A stretch of 64,000 nt of DNA from Callorhinchus milii (lineage: Eukaryota), in contig NW_024704742.1 in NCBI RefSeq assembly GCF_018977255.1, positions 23,314,001-23,378,000 on the forward strand, written 5' to 3'. A program made the position numbers and the translations under genes. The notes beneath the pieces were generated by a model. The model saw only the letters and a program-made list of their open reading frames with translations, ran no database searches and was not told the DNA's origin. This document shows, piece after piece, positions 54,181 through 64,000 of this stretch (the first letter of the stretch is position 1; each line of letters starts with the position of its first letter).

Positions 54181-55366
54181 TGTAGGGAAGAGGGGAAGAG
54201 CAAAGAGGGTGAAGTCATGTAAGATAAAATCTATTATACTGGTTACTGTGCTTAAACACTATTTATGAAAAAAATCCAGTTGTTTTAAAATTTCATCCCA
54301 CTGATTTATGTATGCAATTAATTAGAAAAACAAATTCAGAGTAACCAAAGATTATCTGTGTAAAACAGGAACAGATCTACAATTCTGTTCATTTCATCTT
54401 TATTGGCAAATCAATATAATTCTCATTTATATGAATTTGATCCATCAGATTGTTTTTGTGAACTGCATTGCTCCTATATTCCTTAAACCCGCAACACAAA
54501 TTCTTTGCAAAACTCCCACTGAGAAGGAACACAAGAATATTTTCTTAAGGCTTGCTCGAATATGGATTCTAGTCACAGTTCTAAAAACCTTACAACCGAT
54601 TATGTTTTATGTTTAGGATGAAAAACATGACACTGGAAAAATACCATGTGTTTTGGATTTAAGTAAAAGCAAGAGTAGATACTTTATGGTAAAATGAAAA
54701 ATTAATTGACTTTTTTTAGGAAACAGGGAGACTCTTGTCAACTCCACATCTTTCAAATTTAGGAAAATATTACAGACTAAGGCAACATTCATTACAAAAA
54801 AAAGCCCCAAAGTAAAATACCATTAAAAACAATTAATTTTAATTTGTTAAAAGAAACTACTACTTGAACATTCACAAAGGTTCAAACAAAGGTTATATCC
54901 CAGTACAGCAATGTAAGGATTAGGCCTTTGCTTTGATCATGAACCCCAAGGCTTTCATAGCATGAAGACATGAATTGGTTGTGACCACACATATGCTTCA
55001 GCTTTCTTCATTAAAGTGCGATACCTACTGGCATGAACTCTCTCCGCAGCCAATTCATGTGATTCTCTGCAATGTTGATTACCCTCGGCCTCCAGGCAAA
55101 AGCAGCTAACTGATATTTGAACAAATCAAAATAATCAATCAAGAAAGCCTTTCGAAAAGAAAAAGATCACAGAGGATTCTTCCTGGTGTTGTTACCCTCG
55201 CATAAACTGGATATTCCATATACTCGGAAATAAACAGGCTGTGTCAGGGAAAGACACCAAATGTGCTAAATCCATATGGCACTTTAATCTACAAATAAAC
55301 CTCACAATGGACAGCAGATTGTCGCTCTGAAAACATGAATGCAGATAAACAGATCACTTTCACATC

Positions 55367-55975
55367 AATAATAATAATCCTTGCATTTGATATATATAGA
55401 ACCTTATCACTTCTTCAAGACGTCTCAACGCGCTTTGCAGAATAAACTGTAAAGTGGAGTGACTGTATATTTTGTGGTTGAAACGCGGCAGACAATTGCG
55501 CACAGCACTGTCCCACAAATAGTCATGGAGTGAGTGACCAAAATTATTATTTTTTTGAAGGGAAAAAACAAAATCCCCCCCAAAAAATCAACCACACTCA
55601 ACGTTTTAATGAAATTGTTTTCTGCTGTTCAATTCACTGAACCATTTATATTTATACAGCACCTTTCACATCAGGAAGACATCTCAAAGCACTTGACACA
55701 CGTGATTGGAAGCCTGATATAGGGAGCCTGATCAAATCAGAGGCTTACTCCTAAACTGTTAGATGATGATCCAATATTGCCAAAATACATACTGTCATAT
55801 GTAAACACCAGTTGTATTATGTGCCGTGTGTAAACACCTGGACAGAGGGAAGTACAGGTGCCCTTAATTATCTAATACCCAATGAAAATAATTTATTAAT
55901 TATGTAGTTAGAAATGATAATCCTTATATTTGATAGAGTGACCTGTGAGGTCCTCAAGACGTCTCAAAGTGCTAA
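55367..55975 (-). mobile_element. Cluster of three SINE/L2 tail fragments (55367-55545, 55645-55700, 55915-55975)
   Basis: Repeated ataatccttgcatttgata / gacgtctcaaag motifs. Confidence 0.8.
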
Positions 55976-56227
55976 AATCCTTTTCACTGGTTGTTAATTA
56001 TGTAATAAGGTACCTGAAACTCACTCTGCATTTACACATGGTGCAAAATATAGTTGGGTTTACGCATCATTTTATACAGGTCCCAATTTTTTCCGACTAT
56101 CGTCCTTAGATCATTGATTATCAGCTGCACTTAAGAAACCATATACCAGGCAGTTTGGTAGGAGAACTGTATATTTGTTCATATCCCTACAATCCTGAGT
56201 TGCTTGATACCCCAATCTATCAGCTTC

Positions 56228-56345
56228 ATATAGGAACATAGAAAAAGGACGAGACAATTTGGTTTATTGAATTTTCTTAGATCAAGGCTGATCTGTAACT
56301 CAATACCATTTGCCTGCCTTTTCTCCATAACCCTCTGATAAACTT
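56228..56345 (-). mobile_element. CR1 3'-end fragment
   Basis: cataggaacatag...agatcaaggctgatctg...ctccataacc. Confidence 0.6.
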
Positions 56346-57013
56346 CCTAACCCTTTAATTTTAGCACTGTTTACAGCACAGTTCTACTGTGGACCTGCAC
56401 TGACTGGAAATGCAGCACATCTGGCTTCTTGCACGTACTAGCCTGTTTCCCACCCGATAAAAAATGGGGGTGGTCAGATCACCATGAATATCACTTGCTG
56501 CACATTGCATGCATGTGTCAGAAGCATCCACAATGTCCCTTCCTGTGCTAAGTGACGTTCACGGCACTTCCTGCACACAGTGCACGACCTACAGGATGTG
56601 ATCACAGCGATGACTAGACAACCTCAGAAGTCAGACATTTTTCACCCTCACTTAGAACACTGAGTCTGGAACATTGGACCCAACCACCACACTATAATGA
56701 GGTTTCTTTCTGTAAGTTGAAATATTAGAAATGGGATTTAACTGAGCATAAAACGGATATCTATATGAAGACTCAAAAAGCCTGAATGCTATCTCTACAC
56801 AATCTGATATTTGATCATAATTAACTTACACAAAAGAATGCATCCTCTGCCACCTAAATACACACACCTGAAGCTTGGGTAGGTTCTGATAAATGCACAA
56901 GAAACTGATGGCTCTGTCTTTATGAATGTTTTACTCTTAGAACCAATTAGCTTTCTTTCTTCATATTAGCACAGGACAATTTCCTATGGAAACGAGCACA
57001 GATTCTTTCATAC

Positions 57014-57133
57014 CTTTACATCAGACGTATCTCGCTGGCAGTTGCGCCACGCTCTGGACACGGAAGAGAAAGTTCTGTCAGCGTGATCAAACTTCCCTCC
57101 TTGTAGATTTAGAAAGAAGGTGGTAAATGGTTC
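57014..57133 (-). CDS. LRBA: LRBA BEACH-domain exon, 120 nt: [40 protein letters not shown]
   Basis: Contains the [13 protein letters not shown] motif. Acceptor gcgcag, donor AAG|gtatga. Phase 0 on both sides. Confidence 0.97.
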
Positions 57134-57666
57134 CTGCGCAGGACAAGATATAATAGAGTAACATTGTTAATAGTCTACCATGCAATATTTATTACAGAAT
57201 ATCATGATTAATTTCCTCAGTTGTTGAAAAGACAAACTGATGATATCTGACCTCAGTGAAAATTGACACAAGTGGAGAAGTCAGTTTACAGATGTTCTCC
57301 ACAGCATGTCTGACACACATCAACTTGCTCAGTGTTGCGGCCTCAAAGGTGCAATTTGCCTTATTTGGTGTCTTACATTGCAAAACAAACTTCTCCCAGT
57401 TAATTCAATTTGAGGAATTTACACCATCACCTTCAACAGCCTGGCTGAGAATGCGCAAAATCTAAAAACTAGCCACGGGTGAAATTCAAATTCAGGTCCA
57501 AAGTGGTACAGCTCAGTAGAATTATACATTCTGTCAACTGAACTCCATTCTGTTCCACCCTTGCAACTGCTGAAAATATGAATGTAGTTGACAACAGCAG
57601 GAATGAAAAATTAGTAAATGTGAGATTTTAATGTATTTTGTTTAAAAGATAAATTTTATCTACATT

Positions 57667-58110
57667 AACAACAACTTAAACAACCAATTGCATTTATATA
57701 GTGCCTTTCACGTTGGAAGGACATCCCAAGGCACTAGACAGTCTAAGGTTTGCTTTGGGACGTCCTCCGGACGTGAAAGGCGCTCTATAAATGTAATTTT
57801 GTTGTTGTTTGTACTAGAGCTGCCGGTTGGAGTCAAGAGGGGTGGAGGGGATGGCGGTGGTGGTGAGAAGATGACCAAAGGCACGGTCAAAGAGGAAGGT
57901 CTTTAGGCAGATCTTGAAAGAGCCAAGGAAGGGGCAGGACAGTACCCGCTGAGCGGAGGGAGCGATAAGGTTTTAGGTCACAGAGGTGAGGCAAAGCAAG
58001 ATGGTGGAGGGTTTTAAAGATGAGGCCAACGATATTAAACTGAATCCTCTTGGGCATGGGGAGCCAGTGAAGCCAGGCGAGGATGGGGGTGATCAGCTCA
58101 CGGAACATAG
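57667..58110 (-). mobile_element. L2 3' fragment with an oppositely oriented L2 tail inserted near its end
   Basis: ORF 57887..58108 ITPILAWLHWLPMPKRIQFNI..LIFKTLH.LA.PHL is the L2 ORF2 motif. Inverted tails at 57667-57810. Confidence 0.9.
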
Positions 58111-58963
58111 TGAGGGATTTTAAATATTATCTTGGGAGTATGCAATGTGGAATATCAATCAGCTACATCCATTGGCTGCAAATTATATTATTGTGAGCTG
58201 TTACACAGTAAAAAAAAGGCAAAGGAAAGGTCAATTTATTTAGTCTCCTGGAAAGTGACTAACCACAGGTAAAACTGCTAAGTAGTTAAAGCTCTATGAA
58301 ATATTTTCCTTCCTCTCTCTCCCACACCAACCCCACTGAGAAAACCAATCCAACATCATAATATATATTGGTCATCTGTGACCAGTTGCATTTCAGAGAT
58401 GACATTTGAGAACTACAGCTCTGAGTTTACAACATACCTTAACCTCAATCTCAGAATATCACTCCTCACTACATCAACATTTCCCACTGCAGCGAGTCAC
58501 CCTCAGATGGTTAGTTCAGTTCTACATAATGACTACATTTTATTCTGTGAACCTGTGCACAATAGGATCCGGTTTGAGGCTGTCCAAACTAAGGCACCTT
58601 ACAACCAGTAGAGCAGTGAGATGTTCATCTGGTCAATACGAGGTGGAGTCAGACCCTTTTTATTCTTTGCAAACTGCAACAGTAGCTTTCATCAAACAGT
58701 TATCAAAACATAACTATGTCTTATAGAGGCATCACATGCTTTATATCTGAAAGTTCATCGTTATAATCCAACACATAGATAAAAAAGCTGATTCAGGTTA
58801 TGGTTTATATACTGTCAGAAATGACATTCCAACAAAAATAATTCTCTTAACAGGCTCCTTCATCCTTAAAACACATCATTTAACCTCACACCCTCAGTCA
58901 TATCAACATTTTCATGACTATTTCAGGAATTCATGAATGTACCCCAATGTCTCCGTGTACATC

Positions 58964-58997
58964 TGTGTGTGTGTGTGTGGGGGGGGGGGAGGGGGGA
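58964..58997 (+). repeat. (TG)n microsatellite followed by G runs
   Basis: tgtgtgtgtgtgtgtgg followed by a long G run and gagggggg. Confidence 0.85.
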
Positions 58998-59746
58998 CTA
59001 TATGGAATACATAGCTTGTAGATATGTAAATATGTCTAACTGAACACTTTTACGTGTTACGATATTTGATTGTGGTAATAATTTTAGATAATAGAATACA
59101 GTATATGTGAACATTTTCAAGGATATCTTGTTCTGAATGGATTAATGAGCTTCAACAAAAGAAAGTCAAGCTATTATGGATTATAGAACAGTCATGAATA
59201 ACAGAAATAAGCTTATTTGTTGCTGCTTTAATAATGAAGTTCAGGTTTTCCAACCGTTTGCTGTTTTATTAAACATACAGGTGATTTGCAAATATAACTA
59301 CCCAACTGCAGTATAGTCCATAAAAATATGTTCTGATGTGAGAATAATTTCATGTGCTACTGAATAAAATATTTTTAACACCTTCTTTCTACACAAATCT
59401 TCACGTCATAAGGAATTTTACAGTTAACTGTAAATTATTCTAAGGGAATACTTTATGTGCAGTGTTTTCCAATTAGCACCCAATTATGCATAAATGTGCT
59501 AAAAAGTAGCTATGAAATTAATTTTAAATGATCTTAAAATACATTCTAATTTGAAAAAAATCAAGTACGAGTAATTACTTGGAATTAGCTTAAGTACTGC
59601 AGTTTATGTAGAGGATTTATGTCTGCTTTGTGCCATTTTATCCAGCTTTAATCAAGGGACTGTTGCTGGTGCTTTTTCAGTGGAAGAGACACATTAATGT
59701 TCTGAGTGAATGAAGCTGCTTTAAATTTTACAGTCATTGTACTTAC

Positions 59747-59887
59747 AATTCGTAACAGCCACGCAAGAGTGAAGCTACTCGTGGAATAATGAGTCCCATA
59801 GTGGAAAGGGGGAACTTGATCATCTTCCCAAGTTTCATGCCGCTCAGAAAAGAAGGCTGCTCTTTTGGGGTTAAGGGCTCCAATAGG
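59747..59887 (-). CDS. LRBA: LRBA BEACH-domain exon, 141 nt: [47 protein letters not shown]
   Basis: Contains PIGALN and FHYGTHYS motifs. Acceptor ttcttgtag, donor ATT|gtaagt. Phase 0. Confidence 0.97.
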
Positions 59888-61767
59888 CTACAAGAACGAA
59901 GGGAGAAGGAATAAAAGAATCAAAATGGTTGTCTTTTAAAAACGTTTTAAAAAACCTGTTCGCACATTTGCTATGAGGTTATCTACTGGTTCTATTGCTG
60001 ATATTAAAATTACAATTACAGACTATACAAACTGTAAGTTTGTTTTACTACTTTGAGAAATTGAATTCTCGATTTACAAACATTTCTGCATGCATGCACA
60101 TAACTCCAGAGAGATTGAACAAGTCAGAATATATTTTATTAACTTCCATTTTCATATAGTAACATGCACTCACAAACACACAAACAAGCTAATCCCCTCT
60201 TCTGTAAAATATTTTTGGACATCACTCATACCCAAGGTTTCTTGGTTCCATTGATTTCCTGCAAAATCTTTTATATTATAATGCACAAATAAATACTTGT
60301 AGGACTGAAGTCTGGCTCAGTAAAATGTCTGCACTTGTTTTGGTCAGACAAATGCAGAAACACATTACTATACTAAATCCATTAGAAACCAGACTGAGAG
60401 TTCCACGTATGTTTACATGAACATGTCCCAGTGTCTTGAATGGACAGCACATTGTCTTCCTGGAGGGATGGACCTTGCTACTTAATTCTGGAGAGTATTA
60501 GGCACAGGTTGGAGAAAGTCAAGGCTTGGAAACCCCAGAGTCTGCATTGGGGTAGTAACTTGCCATTGAAAGGACTATCTGGCAAGCTTCCTGCTGCTTG
60601 TCTAGCTAGGACCACTCTATCCATTGAGGCCATGGGTAAAATGCAATATGAACTCACTTATAGCACGCATTGAAGTTTTAGTCCCATTTGTCAATGCAAA
60701 ACAGTCAACTTTATACGTGAAAGCTCAGCATAACATCCCAGTAAAACACAAGCAGAATGGAGCTAACACTGACAAATTATAGTAGACGTTGCTGAAGTCC
60801 TTCCAAAAACATGTTTCCAATTACAGCTTCCCTTGCAAAAAAATAAACCACCTCAGACTGTATATAAATTATTCCACTATATTTACTAGTTATTTCTGTT
60901 TTAGTCATTAGTAAAAGTATTTGTATAAGCACAGAACATTGACAGGTTTTGGCAAGGAGCCTGTTTCAATGCACAAGAACAAAATCATGTATGGTTTGAA
61001 GGTTGCATATGACTTTCGATCAGAACTACTGTATTTATTTTGAGTCACATCTTAGTTTATTAGCATAAAACGTTGAATGGAACTTCCTATCAAAATAGAT
61101 TTTGAAAGTTGTGCATTATTTCAGACTACCAATGGTGCTTTTGTTTTATTTTATTACCACAACAAATCTGAAACTAGTTTGCCTTTGTGTGCTTCTTTTT
61201 TGAAATAAAGTGTAGTCTGATAAAACCATGGAACCCCTATTATCCTGCAGTATTAAATGTCAGAACTTTACCACTGCACTTTGATGGATTACATAAGTAT
61301 TAAGTATTTCACTTCTGATGTTACTTGACACACCTACTGATTGATGTGCTGGATGTGCAGCATTCTACTGATATAAGATGGCTACCAATGACAAGTAATT
61401 TTTATGAAACATTGGCATGACATTGGCATACAACTCCTCTTAGACTTCTGAACAGCATCTAGGTATCATCACTTCGACATCAAAGATACTTCACAGACAA
61501 TGACAATTTTTTAGCAAAGGAAATGCAAGATGCATGTTTTCAGAACAGAGAATTCCAAGAAACAAGTGCTCCACTCAATATTCATATTCCATCAACTCAT
61601 TTTCGAATTAATTTTATACACTGAAAACAACCTTATTAATCAATTATTTTAACCTGAAGAATGCAAACAACTATTGTGCACATTTTTTTCAACAATCCTT
61701 TACAGATAATATTGTTCTTTGGGTGAAACAGAAAATGAATGCTTTGACTTGAGGGGAACATGACACA

Positions 61768-61897
61768 ATTGCAGCATTTCAGCCACAAACTCCACCGTCA
61801 ATTCACTTTACAGTATATTCTGTGAAGCGCTTTGAGACATCTCAATGACGCGGTAAAGCGCTATATCAAATGCAAGGATGATCATCATTATTATTAG
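61768..61897 (+). mobile_element. SINE 3' part
   Basis: gtcaattcactttacagtatattctgtgaagcgctttgagac...caaatgcaagg. Confidence 0.85.
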
Positions 61898-62242
61898 TTA
61901 ATCACACACTAAGTGTGAGCTGCTGTGTCCTTGCAGTACAAGGTATTCCAATGTTTAACAATCAATATAATTTAAATACAGAATAAGTTTTTAAAATGAA
62001 ATATGACTAAGTGAGCAGAACTGTAGTCACACTCTGCTCAGTTCAGTTCACTTCAGAAGGGTCTTTGTTTTTAAACAAAGTCCCTTCAAAAGGATATGTG
62101 TTTGGAAACGCTGACTTACTTTTTGTAGTATTTTAATGGGAGTATTCTCAGCAATACATTTGAGTTATTCTTTAATACACAGAATGCATTGGAAATGAAT
62201 ACAAAACACTCTATATGCAAATTTCCCTTTGCCTTTTTTATT

Positions 62243-62550
62243 TGTCTCCTCCTTGTCTGAAGATGCTAACTTACACTGGGGTATAGTTCCCTACTATTTT
62301 ACTCAAGTGGCCATACTTCATCTTTGAGCCTTTTACAATAAGTATCAGAATGCTCTGACTGTGGAGAAGTATAACAAATGAGCCAGATCCTGCTCTCCCA
62401 AATGTCTAGTTTTGCAACAGAGCTCACTGGACAGTGTAGGATCATTGGCTGATTTTTTGATTCCTTGTCCAGGGTCCACTAAGATCAACTGTAGCACTTT
62501 TAGTGCTGACCTGGTTAAGATCAACAAGCTCAGCACAGAAAAAGGCATTT
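62243..62550 (-). mobile_element. AmnSINE2-like SINE, near full length and diverged
   Basis: caagtggccatacttcat...gagccagatcctg...tggctgatttttt...ctcagcacaga. Confidence 0.6.
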
Positions 62551-63164
62551 ACAAATCAATTTAATTTTCTATGCTAGGTACATTTTATTTTAATATAGCA
62601 GTGGATAGTAGCCCTCGTGCGCTTCTACCAGAACTATTGTTCAGTATTAGATTGTTCAATCCTAATACTGCATATATTTCTCCTTTCCTCTGTGGCTAGC
62701 TGTCAACTGGCAAGCTCATTTCCATCAAAGCCTTCATCTCTTTCTAGCCTGATTCCTCTCCTGTATCTATCTTTATTTTATTTTCTCCCCTGGCCTGCTC
62801 CTTTCTTTATCTTTGCTGCCTATCCTCTTTCCACATTGCTTCTATTTCAGTTTGAATTTACGGACCGTGCAGAAGGGCCATGGATCACCTTAATCACAGG
62901 CTAAGTTCCAATGACACTATCTCCAACAGACTGCATAACTAATGTTATTATAACTCAGCAACCAACCGTATGAAAAATTGAACACACAAAACCTTTAAAA
63001 ATTACAGTGCACAGCAGCCATTCTTTTTCAAACAAAGCCACCAGGGCCTGTGGTACAAACAATAGATCCGAATTGGCATTTTCGTGGCACTCATCAGTAC
63101 CATCAGTTGCACAGCCCTGTGCTACTTAGCTTATTTTACCAGTGTACTTTCTTATTTATCCTGT

Positions 63165-63265
63165 GCAGTGTTGTGGAAGTACTACGTTGACAGAGATGCC
63201 TTATTTCAGATTCAATGTTAAACCGAGGTCCCATCTGGCTGTTCACGTGGATGTTTAAGATTCCA
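63165..63265 (+). mobile_element. Isolated Deu-domain SINE fragment
   Basis: tttcagattcaatgttaaaccgaggtcccatctggctgttcacgtggatgtttaagattcc matches 41055-41115. Confidence 0.75.
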
Positions 63266-63569
63266 ATTCTGAAAACGGGGTGCTCTAAATCAGATAACTC
63301 ACTTTTGACCAAGTTCTCTGCCTGGGATTTTCGAACAGCAGATTGTAATGAGGTTGTGCAGAATGTTTACAGATTCAGTGAATTGAATTTGATCATACAC
63401 TACCGGTATCCAAGTCATTCTCCTGAAAATGTCATGGCATACCATGAAGGTCAATAGAAATAGATTTATTTTTACAAAATAATATTACAGTGGCTTGATC
63501 TTTGTTCACTATAAAATTGTTTAAAAGGATTTTTTTTTACTCAGAATTGCTGTCTGCAATACAGATTTT

Positions 63570-63915
63570 ACTCCTCTTCTTTGCTTCCTCTCCTAAAGGC
63601 TGAGAATCAACACCACAGGCACTGACTAATTGTGGTGCTCCGTCTAAGTTACTTTCATCAGGTATGAGACTAGATGGTGAGCGTCGGCAGGCTACATGAC
63701 TAAGGGATCATCACAGCTAAGTCCGATTTTGCCCTCACCAGCCATACAACCACATGCACGACTGTCAGAGGTCACTGCCTTTTGCTAGGAACAGGATTGC
63801 TAGCTATTTTTACTCCTCTCTAACCCAAGATGCGGGGCCAAATATAGCACCTACTATAACACGTACTCTTGGTGTGACTGACATCAGTTATTTAGTGATG
63901 CGAGCAGGGAAGACT
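63570..63915 (-). mobile_element. AmnSINE2-like SINE, near full length and diverged
   Basis: gtgagcgtcggcaggcta...catcacagctaagtccgattttgccctcacc...gaggtcactg. Confidence 0.62.
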
Positions 63916-64000
63916 TTTGTCTTATGACAGTAGTTAATCTCCACTATGACACTGTGTTCGACACAATGCAAATTCTGCAGTAACATTAGTTAATGTCTAT

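Overview
This is vertebrate genomic DNA, AT-rich and CpG-poor. The repeat content (tRNA/Deu-domain SINEs with L2-type tails, L2, CR1) suggests a cartilaginous fish, which is an inference. The whole window lies inside one minus-strand gene encoding a BEACH-domain protein, best matched to LRBA rather than NBEA. Five coding exons can be read with canonical AG/GT boundaries, all phase 0: 59747-59887, 57014-57133, 47104-47256, 17175-17342 and 1-66 (truncated by the window edge). They splice into a continuous BEACH-domain frame. About 99% of the window is intron, containing decayed LINE, SINE and DNA-transposon copies and several repeat-free, homeodomain-motif-rich blocks that may be enhancers. MAB21L2, the gene normally nested in LRBA, is not in this window. 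Nearly all ORFs in the supplied track are spurious or transposon-derived. I found no convincing new multi-gene system. The most notable items are a candidate recursive splice site (polypyrimidine-CAG|GTAAGT) in the 29.8 kb intron, a TIR element carrying ZNF143/NRF1-like motifs beside a CTCF-like motif, head-to-head SINE/L2 tail foldbacks, and several AmnSINE2-like ancient SINE copies. Family names come from recalled consensus sequences, not database searches.
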